Shown one piece after another: positions 11,462 to 22,757 of a stretch of 47,460 nucleotides of DNA; the stretch's first letter is position 1, and every line of letters starts with the position of its first letter. Origin of the DNA: Octopus bimaculoides (Eukaryota). The stretch lies in contig NC_068982.1 in the NCBI RefSeq assembly GCF_001194135.2, forward strand, positions 29,922,494 to 29,969,953. Reading direction: 5' to 3'. The notes beneath the pieces were generated by a model that saw only the letters and a program-made list of their open reading frames with translations, was not told the origin of the DNA and ran no database searches. The translations under genes and the position numbers were made by a program.

Positions 11462-11650
11462 ACCACTTTGTAAAGCGGCTGGCGTTAGGAAGGGCATCCA
11501 GCTGTAGAAACCATGCTAAACAGACAATTGAGCTTGGTACAACTCCCGGCCTTGCCAGCCTCTGACAAACTGTCCAACCCAAAAATGGACGTTAAATGAT
11601 GATGATGAAGATGATGATGATGATGAGGAGGAGGAGGAGGAGGAGGAAGA
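11462..11650 (+). mobile_element. RTE-type tail with (GAT)n grading into (GAG)n
   Basis: ggcgttaggaagggcatccagctgtagaaacc...aaactgtccaaccc...ggacgttaaatgatgat. Confidence 0.8.
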
Positions 11651-11872
11651 TGAGGACACATAGTATGTTTTTGGTTGTTAAGAGTGAGGGATGGTAGTAT
11701 CTGATAGTCTTTTGTGTTGCTGGTAAAAAGGGAGATTGTTGCTATTTTTGCTAAACCACAAGCCAGTTCTGGTCAAACATATATGAAGCATAAGTAAATG
11801 TTTTTTGAGAAACTGACCGCATAAGACATGGCTCATCATCAAGTGAGTTGCACTGCTAAAAATATAAGTTTT

Positions 11873-12306
11873 CAATTTTGGCACAAGGTCAGCAAATTCA
11901 GAGGAGGAGGTTAGTCAATTACATTGACCCCCCTCCTCCCATTCCCACCCTCAGTAGTTAACCAGTACTTATTTTTTCGACCCTGAAAAGGTTGAAAGGC
12001 AAAGTTGACCTCAGTGAAATTTGCACTCAGAAAATAACGATGGACAAAATCCCACTCAGCATTTTGCCCAGCGTGCTAACAATTCCGCCAGCTCGTTTGC
12101 ACTGCTTAAAATATTCTTTTCAATGCTAGGCACAAGGCCCAAAATTTCTGGGGAAAGGTCCAGTCGATTAGATCGACCTAAGTATGCAACTGGTACTTAA
12201 TTTATTGAGCCTGAAAGGATGAAAGCAAAGTCAACCTTTGTGGAATTTGAACTCAGAACATAATGCATTTCACTCGATGTACTAATGTTTTTGCAAGCTC
12301 ACCACC
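11873..12306 (-). mobile_element. Two adjacent family-2 SINE copies (11873-12095 and 12115-12306)
   Basis: Both carry ggcacaagg...ctggtactta..tttt.gaccc.gaaagg.tgaaaggcaaagt.gacct...gaattt gaactcagaa. Confidence 0.8.
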
Positions 12307-12324
12307 TTGCACTGCTTAAAATAT

Positions 12325-12550
12325 TACTCTTTTACTTGTTTCAATCATTTGACTGCAGCCATTCTGGAGCACCAGCTTAAAGGGTTTTTTAGTTGAAGAA
12401 ATCAGCCTCAGGACTTATTCTTTGTAAGCCTAGTGCTTTTTCTATTGGTCTCTCTTTTGCTGAACTGCTAAGTTATGGGGGCATAAACACACCAGCATCT
12501 GTTGTCAAGTGATGGTAGGGGGACAAACACAGACACACACACATAAATAC

Positions 12551-12600
<50 letters not shown>
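12325..12600 (-). mobile_element. Family-1 SINE, 3' half
   Basis: tcttttacttgtttcaatcatttgactgcagccat.ctggagcacc...ggacaaacacagacac, matching 21440-21660 and 46978-47200. Confidence 0.8.
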
Positions 12601-12726
12601 TGGAAAAAATAATAAGGTACTCAGATATCTGGATGGTTGTACATTTACAGATTTTTATTAATATGTCACATGTTTTATAAATATTAGTGCTTGCACCTAT
12701 TCTTGAAGGACCTACAAGAATCCCTG

Positions 12727-12862
12727 TCTTTCTGCTGAGGTCGACTTTGCCTTTCATCCTTTTGGGGTTGATAAATTAAGTACCAGTTGCATACTGGGGT
12801 CGATCTAATCAACTAGCCCCCTACCCAAAATTTTTTGGGGCTTGTGCCTAGAGTAGAAAAGA
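12727..12862 (+). mobile_element. Family-2 SINE fragment
   Basis: gctgaggtcgactttgcctttcatccttttggggttgataaattaagtaccagtt...cttgtgcctagagtagaaaag. Confidence 0.8.
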
Positions 12863-13099
12863 TATATCCCTGTCTTGACATCATATGATAGTTATAAATG
12901 AACATCTCTGTCATACAAGCGACATTGTCCATTTCCAGTTTTCTGTGAAAATCATCTCTGGCAATGGAGAAATATTACCTTGCTTGGAAACAGGTGAGAG
13001 TTGGCAACAGGAATGGCATCCAGTATAAAGCTGTGGACTTCACAGTTGCTATATTCAATCTGATATTTTAGAATCAGGTTTCTAATTAGTTGATGTGGG

Positions 13100-14420
13100 G
13101 TTGGAGTAGTTGTGTGCAGCTGGTATTTATGCACTGGAGATATGATTTTATGTGTTATGAAACCTCCTCCAATATGAATTGGTTTTTGAATTCTTTTTGG
13201 AGTACAATAGAGATCTTATAGCAGTGTATAATAGATTTATACAATTCTGTTGTGGTTGTATAAATTTTTTCCGAACTATCATGATGTGAATGTTGAGTGT
13301 GATGATTAAATGTTTTACAACTTTTTAAAAGTGCATTTCAGAATTCTACTGTACACTGAAATGTTTGTATTGTGTTTAAAAGGCTTACTTTTGTCTGTGA
13401 AGTGCTGGAATTTTTTTAATATGTCTTCAATGAATCTGTAGCATTGAGAAAGAAATAATAGTGATACTATTTATTTTTATCACAGTTATTGTTATGAATA
13501 TAATTGTGAAATATATATTGCTGTTTCATTGTGTTTGTGTGAGTATTATGTTTTTAGATATTTTGGTGTTGACTTATGAAATATCAAACTGAACAACAAC
13601 CACATCATTCTTGACAGTCTGGAGCAGGGAAAAACCTTTATAGATTGTAGTTACTGCATCCCCTTTTCTAATTATGGTTTTGAATTTTGGCACAAGGCCA
13701 GTGATTTCAGGGCCGGTGAATGAGTCACTTGCATCGATCCCAGGGCTCAACTGGTACTTATTTTCTAGACCCTGAAAGGATGAAAGGCTAAAGTTGACCT
13801 CAGCGGAACATAAAGATGGGACAAAATACCACTATGCATTTTGTCCAGCATGCTAATATTTCTGTCAGCTCACCACCTTATCTCCTTTTCTACTAATAAA
13901 AGGACATCAAGATTCGAGAGTTTTGACATTCTGTGGAGGAAAGATTGAACATAGTGGTTAGTGTGAAATTTAAGAGGTGAAGCACAAAACATGTGACAAG
14001 AAGAGATGTTGCTGTACTGGGTGGAGGTGGTATGCAAAGGACTATTTAAGGCAGTCCTTGAAGAGACAGAGTGAGAAGAGAGAGCATCTGTGGGTTACAG
14101 CTTTGAGTGTATTTATGAGTGAGTCTTGACCAATTAGTCACATGGCTTTCATTTAGATGTGGTCTTTTAACAGTTACAGGTTGGAGTGTAGGGAGAAAAT
14201 TGTGTGAATATGCTGTTGTATGCTTTGTTAGAAGTGAAATTATCTAAGCATGTGTAGCTAACCTTGATGTTATGGGAATTAAAGAGTTTATAATATCATT
14301 GAGTTCTTGGGAAATGCTTTTGAATTTGTGTTAGTAAGCTCCTAGCTATATTAGTGAAAATATCTAGATTGAATATCTTTCTCTAACTCTCTTTAGGTGT
14401 GGTGAATGGGGTGGGGGAAT
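13100..14420 (-). mobile_element. Degenerate Penelope-like element, interrupted by a family-2 SINE at 13683-13880
   Basis: Minus strand ~14200-14400 reads NIARSLLTQIQKHFPRTQ*YYKLFNSHNIKVSYTCLDN, like the Penelope linker (NIG..FL.LI.KHFP....KIFN...IK.SYSC). A weaker GIY-YIG-like stretch lies at ~13150-13400. Confidence 0.55.
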
Positions 14421-14817
14421 ACATTCATGTAATATCTCCAGTTCTCTCACATTATAAAAGACCTCGTTTTTGAGTAGCCATGAGAGATTATCATTGTTGC
14501 TCTCTGCCTCACTGCAATACCATGGAAAGACAATTATTTCACACTCTCTCCTCTCTCTCTAACACTATCACATTTCTGTCTCACACTCTTTCACTACACA
14601 AATGGTGACAGTCGAACCTTTGCATAGCTACTAAATGACATTTGATTTTGTTGCTCTATGAAAAACCTTTCCTCGTAGCAACAAACATAATGTAATAAAT
14701 GTAACATACACATTATTGGTATAACATTCTCAAGAGACAATCATTTGTGGAGACACATAATTTGAGACTGAACAGAATGCTTTCATACACTTACCTAACT
14801 ATGGAAACATGCACACA

Positions 14818-14851
<34 letters not shown>

Positions 14852-15350
14852 ACCATGGTAAATTATTGCCTTAAATATTTCTTCCCAGACAATTTTGGTG
14901 AACATTTGAACTATGACAATATTTGAATATTTGCAGTCATATTAACTTTTTCATGTTCTGTAGATGAATTATGTTTGACTTCACATAATTTTTCTAATTT
15001 TGTTTTTATTATCACTGTTTTTTTTTTTCTCTTTTTTTTTTATCATATGTTGAACTGTATTTTACTGATTATTTCAACTAAATTGTTATACACTTTGCTT
15101 TGGCATAACTTTACTTCCGCTTGCTGTCATCAGTCGTGATTCATTTTTATTAAAAGAATAAATTAACCATCTTCGTCTATACTGGAATCTTAATGTCTTC
15201 TACTTGTTCCTGATGACCTAATATGTCACAAGGTATTTATATCTCCCCAGAGTGAAGGACCAAATCAGTTAATTAAGGAGCCACTATGTGGTGGCTTGAC
15301 CATCTAAAAATAGCAGCTGTATTACCACTGAACCTCACCAAGCTGCTTTA

Positions 15351-15550
15351 ACCCTTTAGAATTTAAACCAGCCATATCCAGCCAAAGCATAGCCCTTGTT
15401 TTATGTTCAAACTGACCAGATGCAGCCACTCACAAAAATAAACAATCACATCATCAAATCTCAAAGGTATGAGATGATGCATGATTAATTCAAGACAATA
15501 TAAATTAATAAGCATTACAATTGACAGAGTAATCAGAATTCTAAAGATTT
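15351..15550 (-). mobile_element. piggyBac-type MITE, family A
   Basis: Starts ttaaCCCTTTAG. The body is the reverse complement of the copies at 27513 and 33748. Confidence 0.65.
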
Positions 15551-15754
15551 AGAAAATGATAAGATCTATTGGTCCAAGCAGTCTACGATACATTATTCTT
15601 CAAAACAATACAGGTCAGTTGTAGTTGAGAAACCTTTGACAATAGATTTGCTCTGTGACTATCATCATCACTACCAGCTAATTGAGCTTGTTCAGATTTG
15701 TGTAACTCAATCACGCCACTCTTAAAGATTCTATATATTATTTGAGGAAGTCAG

Positions 15755-16423
15755 TAAGGTGTAGCAGAAGTGATTTACATTGTCATTGTGAAATGTTTCC
15801 GTTTTGACTCATCTAGGCTTAAATACCTGTAAAACAGCTCCCTAGACCTTTTCATTTCAGCAGGCCACATGACCTCATGATTGAACAAACCTGTTGTTTG
15901 TATTGGTCAGTTTCCAGCTGTCCAATCATGTTGGTGCAACAGTCTATTTTTCCTTATGCAGGAAATTAATCACCAGCTTCTGGGAGCCTATTCCCTATAA
16001 GAACAGCAGTTCTCGTCTGTTCTAGGTCTTTGGCACTCACCACTGACCACATGCAACTTGTCTCCAGCAACAATGTTCTGACACCAGCCAGTCTCCACTT
16101 TCATCTCCACCAGACACCTGTCTACATCATTGCTGTATGAAGCCCACACGATCAACAGACCAATGGCTGCCTCTACACACCGCCAAACAGTACGTCAATT
16201 TTGTCTGCAGACCAACAGTCCAGCCTAACCACAAAGTCTCTCACACATCCTTGTTGTGACTCTGTTATGCTATTTTATTTCATGTATGGCAATCATTGTA
16301 TTTAATAACAGTGAATAAATCATTGCTTACCAGTTCAGTTTCAATCTCAAGTTGTATACAATCATTCACACACCCTCATTTACTCCTCTTCCTTGTAAGG
16401 GCAACATCCTATGTTGGTATACA
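15755..16423 (+). mobile_element. Candidate solo LTR
   Basis: TGTAG at 15760 ... TACA at 16423, with TATAAG and AATAAA in LTR order. GTCAG lies on both flanks (15750-15754 and 16424-16428), but the left TSD and the TG do not abut. Confidence 0.35.
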
Positions 16424-16501
16424 GTCAGTCAGTCAATAAAGGATTTTGTGAGGCAACTGAATTCAATATATCCATGTTGGGTGACTATTGGTGTGTCGCT
16501 A

Positions 16502-16695
16502 TCATATTTTCCTGCATAAGTTGAATTTTTCACACCAAAATTTGCAGCCGAAAACAAGATAGGTTGATTTATACACCAAGATGACCTTGGAGGGCCAAAG
16601 ATTCCATGTGAAATACATCAAGATTTTGAAAGATAGTGATGATGTTTGAATGTTTACATTATGTACTATGTTGATTTGTGTGACAAAAAATACAG
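16502..16695 (+). mobile_element. Tigger/pogo-type MITE, copy 1
   Basis: TA|TCATATTTTCCTGCATAAG ... CAAAAAATACAG|TA, a CpG-decayed CCGTATTTT TIR with TA TSD. Confidence 0.7.
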
Positions 16696-16716
16696 TAATA
16701 AATTTTAACTAAGCAT

Positions 16717-16905
16717 TTATCTCTCTTGAATGACATTAGCATTAGCAAAAAGACTGCTATACAGCCTTTGTTTGTGTAAAATGCTTTTAAACATAATATT
16801 TATAAAAGTCTGTAACATGTAGGTATAAGCATCATCAAGTCTTATCTCCAAGTGCTTAATGAATGTCCAAGCAGTAGACATGTACAATGGCTGGTTCCAC
16901 AGTGG
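16717..16905 (-). mobile_element. RTE LINE C-terminal fragment
   Basis: PLYMSTAWTFIKHLEIRLDDAYTYMLQ...KQRLYSSL resembles the RTE LLYGSETWTLTK.LE.RLDG.YTRMLR motif. Confidence 0.6.
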
Positions 16906-17059
16906 TACCAAGCAGTGAATAGTTAAAGAATAAACTATTTAATAATCTCTCAGAAAGAGTGAAAGCCCAATTTTCCCAGATTTCTTTTTGTGTTGACAGT
17001 AATTTTTTTCACTTGTTTTAGTTTGTGGTGGGAATGTTGAACAGTCAGATCACTACATC
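16906..17059 (+). repeat. ~150-bp segment directly duplicated at 20076-20226
   Basis: atttaataatctctcagaaagagtgaaagcccaattttcccagatttctttttgtgtt is identical in both copies, and the flanking parts are similar. Confidence 0.9.
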
Positions 17060-17359
17060 ATCAGGTATCAATGCCTTGTCATTGAAATCAGGGATAAACA
17101 ATACTTAAATATACACTATGAAATAAATCTGGAATCTAAAATACTCCTGGTTTGTGTTTGCAACAATGCGTCTACAGGAGAGTCTAGAAGATTCTGTTGA
17201 GTTCAATTGATATGAGGAGTAAATGATCTATTTCTCCTCCTCATAGTGATATTATTAATATTACTGTCACCCAGCATGGTAACTCATGGTAACATCAACA
17301 CCTACTCCTTGCATCCTCTTTCTGTATCTGACCATGATAAATCCTTAGCAAAGTTTTTT

Positions 17360-17525
17360 ACACTTTGTAGGGCAGGTGGTTTTAGGAAGGGCATCCAGCC
17401 ATAAAACCATACCAAAACAGGCACAGAAATTTGGTGCAGTCTTTTGCAGGGCCAGCTCCTGTCCAACCATCTAACCCATACCAGCATTGAAGACAGATGT
17501 TAAATGCCACTGCTGCTAATGATGT
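17360..17525 (+). mobile_element. RTE-type tail
   Basis: ggttttaggaagggcatccagccataaaacc...ccaaccatctaacccataccagcattgaagacagatgttaaatg. Confidence 0.75.
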
Positions 17526-17879
17526 TGTTACTTATAGATTCCTGTATATCACTGAGCTAGCACAGTGGCTATCACTGGCAATAGCACAGACACAGGCAAC
17601 ATTCATGATAGTAACATATGCACAGGTTAAATGCATTTAAATTTACGGTCACTCATAATAAATCTGTTCTCCTCAAAGAGAGACAGATACACTGGATAAT
17701 ATAGCCCTTGTCACACTATGTCTAAATGAGTAAAAAAGACAAAATGGTAATGTTTGGAAGAATTTTGACAAGTTTAAGTAAGCATAGCAACTAATATTAA
17801 CTACAGGCTTATAATCTCTTAATGCATGTCACAAAAAATTCTCACATCTGAGAATTTTTCCATTTTCATATTTCATAGT

Positions 17880-18282
17880 ATTTCATTGTTCTTTCATGGA
17901 ATGTAACCAGCAGTCACTATAAGCATCTTTCACTATCTTTAATTCAAGCTGTCTTTCAATCAGTCCACACTGGCACTCCATCGGTTATGTCAATGATCCA
18001 ATTGATGGAACAGCCTGATCACAAAATTAATGTCCTAGTGGCTGAACACTCCAAAGACATGCACACCTTTAACATAGTTCTCTGGGAAATTCAGCATAAC
18101 ACAAAATGTGACAAGGCTGGCCCTTTGAAATACATGTACTACTCATTTTTGCCAGATGAGTGCACTGGAGCAATGAGAAATAAAGTGTCTTGCCCAAGGA
18201 CACAACATACTGCTGAGAATCAAACTCATAACTTCATGATCATGAACTTAATAGGCCTAGCCACTAAGCCATGTGCCTTTAG
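17880..18282 (-). mobile_element. tRNA-derived SINE, family 3
   Basis: The reverse complement begins aggcacatggcttagtgg (A box), then gagtttgattc (B box) and tgttgtgtccttgggcaagacacttta. Related to the copies at 27715 and 44703. Confidence 0.7.
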
Positions 18283-18646
18283 TCAGTCCAAAGTATGTAA
18301 AAAAAAACAAACAAAATAAAAGGCTTGACTTAAACAAGGTTCTCTTTCTAATGCATAACAACCAAGTTACACTACCATCTACCACATATGTTGCTACCAC
18401 ATATATTGTTTCCTTCAGATTTATAGATGTATGTGGTTTTGACCAATGAGACTTTTGCGTTGATCTGTTTCGTGTTTCTTGAAGAGAGTACAAACAAAAG
18501 AGTGCAGTTAGAAGAGCTTTGTTGACTGTGCGATACTAAATACAGAGAAATTCCAGGTAATATGTCAACATGATGATTAATTAAGCTTAGCAATGGCAGT
18601 TAATAGGGTTTTCCTGCTTTGTTACATAAAGCAGAGTTTTTTTTCA

Positions 18647-19493
18647 TCTATACTATAAATTGCAGTGCTCTTGATAGCTTGATTTGATTGATTGAGTGTT
18701 GGCAGATTCACTCGAGAACGGTGCAGTGGAATCACATGAAATTCAGCACAGAGCGGCAGAATGGTCTGCTCATGTTCAGGAGATTTTTATTGCCCTCCAA
18801 CTCCCATGGTTACCGAGATAATCGATTATTACTTTTTAAGATAGGAATATCCCATTCAAAGTGGGGAGGGGCGATTTTGTTGCCTTTCCCATGCGTGAAA
18901 TTTTATGAAAAACCAGCACAATAAAGATTTTTTTTTTCCAAGTAATGTGGCTGGGTTTGTTTTTCGAAAATTTTAATCAGAGGCACAGAAAAAAAATAAT
19001 TTCAATTTTTTGTGCATNNNNNNNNNNNNNNNNNNNNNNNNNNNNNNNNNNNNNNNNNNNNNNNNNNNNNNNNNNNNNNNNNNNNNNNNNNNNNNNNNNN
19101 NNNNNNNNNNNNNNNNNNNNNNNNNNNNNNNNNNNNNNNNNNNNNNNNNNNNNNNNNNNNNNNNNNNNNNNNNNNNNNNNNNNNNNNNNNNNNNNNNNNN
19201 NNTGAACATTCCTGTGTCGCCAATACAACCGCACTACCATATATTTTTCTTTTAAGGCGAGGTTATACCACAAATAAGGTTCCGTGACTACATGGGGCTA
19301 TGGGTACACACGTGAAGTTAGTTTTACAATATCGACCCGCAAAATCCTTAGCATCGTATTGTTTTTGGGTTGTTCTTACTTTTTTTTGTTTTTTTTAAAT
19401 TTTTAGTTCTTTTTATTATTCAAAATATACATAGGAAATAGCCTTTAACCAAATCCACCACACTGCTAGAGTGAAACCGGGAAAAACAGCTAG
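18647..19493 (+). mobile_element. Non-autonomous Helitron-like element (spans an N gap)
   Basis: 5' a|TCTATACTATAAAT and 3' ...ctagagtgaaaccgggaaaaacagCTAG|t. Inserted between A and T with no TSD; the interior is CpG-richer than the flanks. Confidence 0.7.
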
Positions 19494-19851
19494 TATCCTA
19501 TAATGGTAAGTCTTCCTGATTTATTCATTTGAAAATAGTCTTTTCATATTTCATGTTAGGGAGATATTTGTTCTTTTATCAATTTGTTCTTCCATCTTTC
19601 AATAATTTCAACTGATTTTTTTCGAAAACACAGTGAATTACATTTTCTTTCTCAAGAAACTTTTGGGTAAGTTAATGAAATTTAATATTGCTTTAAACAA
19701 AAATTCTTGGCTGATAGATGATGTAAAAGATGAAGAAAATCATCTCAGCCTTCATTGGGATAACTAAATCTTTAATGAACAGATTAATCAAGGAAGGTAA
19801 TATTTCAGATTTCAGTAAATAATTTCTTTTCAATGATGGTTATTCTTTTTA

Positions 19852-20055
19852 CCATATTTCTGGCATACAAGTTGGCATAGAATAGAGTGTTAAAATGTAG
19901 TATAAACATTCAAACTACATCACTATTTTCCCAAATCCTGCTACATTTCACATGGAATGTTTGTCCTCCAAAGTTGTCTTGGTGTTTAGGTCCCTGTTTT
20001 TTTTTTGTTGTAAATTTTGGTGTGAAAAATTTGATTTATAAGCCAGAAAATATGA
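19852..20055 (-). mobile_element. Tigger/pogo-type MITE, copy 2 (inverted relative to copy 1)
   Basis: TA|CCATATTTCTGGCATAC ... CCAGAAAATATGA|TA. The body is the reverse complement of 16502-16695 (ttttcacaccaaaattt, cattccatgtgaaat, tttgaatgttta). Confidence 0.7.
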
Positions 20056-20075
20056 TACAGAATCCCTTAAAATTC

Positions 20076-20226
20076 TACCAAACAGTGAAAAGTTAAAGAA
20101 ACCATTTAATAATCTCTCAGAAAGAGTGAAAGCCCAATTTTCCCAGATTTCTTTTTGTGTTCACAGTAATATTCTTCACTTGTTTTAGTTTGTAGCGGGA
20201 ATGTCCAGCAGTCACATCACTACATC
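20076..20226 (+). repeat. Second copy of the ~150-bp direct duplication
   Basis: See 16906-17059. Confidence 0.9.
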
Positions 20227-20866
20227 CAATGTTGCGATTTGCTAGAATATTACATATATGTGATCAACAGAATCTGACCAATCACAACTTTACATAGAGA
20301 AGGTTCCCATGATGACTATCTTTTGGTGAGCTTCCTTCTGACCCTATCCATCAGTATAAATTCAGCATACCTTGACCACTTGACAGAGTGCTTCAAGATG
20401 CAGCAAGGAGAGCACTGAGAGACAACAGAGATTAGACAGAAGACAGACAATGAACAGCTGCTGACAACAACCACAATGAACGATTGCTCACAGCAACACA
20501 ATGACCAATAGCTAACTTTTTGACTACTATTGCAGTTAAACCAAGAATAATAACATTCAAATTCTCTCATCATTTTGTTATTTATAGCTAGAAATGGATT
20601 TATTTTTTTCTGTGTATGAAAAGAATAAAAGTTTTGTTTGACAAAAATCACAACCTTCTCCAGAGTTCTTTTCCATACAAATTCAATAAATGTAATTGTA
20701 AAAGCTTCACTATGAGTTTCTAGATTATCAAATCCTAGTAGTTAACAACTTCCCCAACAATGTTTAGGACAAGGTTTTAATTCATTAATGAGTAACATCA
20801 AGCATGAATGATTATAATACACTAGTTAGTTTAATTAGATATCAATGACTTTGGTTATATTCCTCA

Positions 20867-21165
20867 CATCATCATCGTCGTTTAACGTCCGCTTTCCATG
20901 CTAGCATGGGTTGCACGATTTGACTGAGGACTGGTGGGCCAGGAGGCGACACCAGGCTCCAATCTGATTTGGCAGAGTTTCTACAGCTGGATGCCCTTCC
21001 TAATGCCAACCACTCCGAGAGTGTAGTGGGTGTTTTACGTGCCACCAGCACGAGGGCCAGTCAGGCGGTACTGGCGATGGCCACGCTCGAAATGGTGTAT
21101 TTTACATGCCACCTGCATAGGAGCCAGTCCATCGGCACTGGCAACGATCTCGCTCGAATGTCTTT
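20867..21165 (-). mobile_element. RTE-type tail (long form)
   Basis: catcatcatcgtcgtttaacgtccgctttccatgctagcatgggtt...ctacagctggatgcccttcctaatgccaaccactc; reverse complement of 1-233. Confidence 0.85.
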
Positions 21166-21439
21166 TCACATGTCAATAGTTAAATTATTTGTTATAAGAA
21201 AAAAAATGGTTCTATTTTATAATGATTGACTGAATGAGATCTAATCAAAATTTCATAAAATGATAAAGATCATTGTAATGTTTCTGTTAATTATCAGTGG
21301 TTTTCAACCAGGGGCCTTATGGCCCTTTTGTTGTTTAAGTTATACATTTATGTATTTTGCAAGATTCCTGATGTGAAATCATGTGTTGAAACAAATATTG
21401 TTATATTTGTTTTTTTTTTTGTCAATTAAACATTCTTTT

Positions 21440-21790
21440 ATTCTTTTATTTGTTTCAGTCATTTGACAGCAGCCATGCTGGAGCACCGCCTTTAGTTGAA
21501 CAAATCGACCCCAAGACTTATTCTTTGTAAGCCTAGTACTTATTCTATCAGTCTCTTTTGTCGAACCGCTAAACTATGGGGACGTAAACACACCATCATT
21601 GGTTGTCAAGCGATGGTGGTGGGGGGGACAAACACAGACACACACACATTTATATGACAGGCTTTTTTTCAGTTTCCGTCTACCAAATCCACTCACAAGG
21701 CTTTGGTCAGCTTGAGGCTATGCAGTGAGACTGAACTCGGAACCATGTGGTTGGTAAGCATGCTACTTACTACACAGCAATGCTTGCACC
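21440..21790 (-). mobile_element. Family-1 SINE, full length
   Basis: Contains both the 3' body and the head (gaactcggaaccatgtggttggtaagc...cacagc). Confidence 0.85.
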
Positions 21791-22394
21791 TGTTTATTTG
21801 CACTATTTGTTTGTTCTTTACATCAGGTTTTGATGATGATAATGATGATGATGCTATAGGCCTGTGCTAAAATTTGTTTTTGCTTTATATAAATATCATG
21901 CATAACACAAATTCCACAATTACTCTTGCGCCAAACTTGTTCTTGTGTATTATGTACATCTCTAATTTTAAAGTTTCTGAATAGATTCTACTTGAATTAA
22001 AAAAAAAAAAAAAAAAAAAAAAAGTGGTCATAGCCGCTGACCTGGTGTTAAACATACTTTTCCTTTCGCATTCTGTATGAATAATATAATCATTTTGCGT
22101 TGCGAACCAAGCAGGTAACCTCAACGTTAAAAATAGCAGCCAAATTACTCGTACATGAACATAACTGGATAATGTCAGTAAGGGTACAATGCACGGAAAG
22201 AAAAAGCGATTGTCTTAACAATATAAACTTCTGGTATAAACAGACAGCAAGCACATTGTTTTCTATAAACAACCAAAAGTTTCGGGGAGTACCCTTTCCC
22301 CTCACTTTCCGACTGATTTATTCCAGTTTTAACTATTCATACTCATTAATAATCGACGGAGATGATCAATAGTTTCGGTAGATTCTAATGTTGG

Positions 22395-22757
22395 CACAAG
22401 CATGCCCCACCGCTGCCGAGTTTACTTCCTTGTAACTTTCAAACAAATTTTTATTTTCAAATGAAATTTTCTACAAATGCCTTTCAGATTGTGTAGAGTA
22501 CGATTATATTGGAATATTGGGAGAGAAGTGGTGGATAGACACACATACACGCTGACTGACATAGCATAATTTTTTCAAAATTCATTTTGTAGATATGTGT
22601 GTTTGTACGTATATGTATTTGCACACCACTTTCCCACGTTAAATTCCAATATAACCGTAATCAACATCACCTGAAAGGTATTTGTAGAATATTTCATTGC
22701 TATATATCCACTGTTATGAAAGTTGCGAGAAAACAAAGTTGGTGGGGCACGATTGTG
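22395..22757. mobile_element. Foldback MITE with ~130-bp imperfect TIRs
   Basis: Left arm cacaagcatgccccacc...aatgaaattttctacaaatgcctttcag...ttatattggaat...aagtggtg matches the reverse complement of the right arm. TA follows the right end. Confidence 0.8.

Noticed and set aside
18419-18556. AG...GT-bounded exon-like segment on the + strand
   Set aside because: All three frames from the first acceptor contain stops, and the short peptide is unrecognisable.
18945-19287. Long ORFs spanning N runs (also 38162-38891, 40717-41215, 46341-46951)
   Set aside because: Artefacts of assembly gaps.
16502-20055. Inverted ~200-bp repeats that looked like TIRs of one 3.5-kb transposon
   Set aside because: Each arm has its own two TIRs and TA flanks, so they are two separate MITE copies.
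20316-20651. 111-aa Cys/Ser-rich minus-strand ORF
   Set aside because: Low-complexity with no recognisable family; at most a UTR-like exon.
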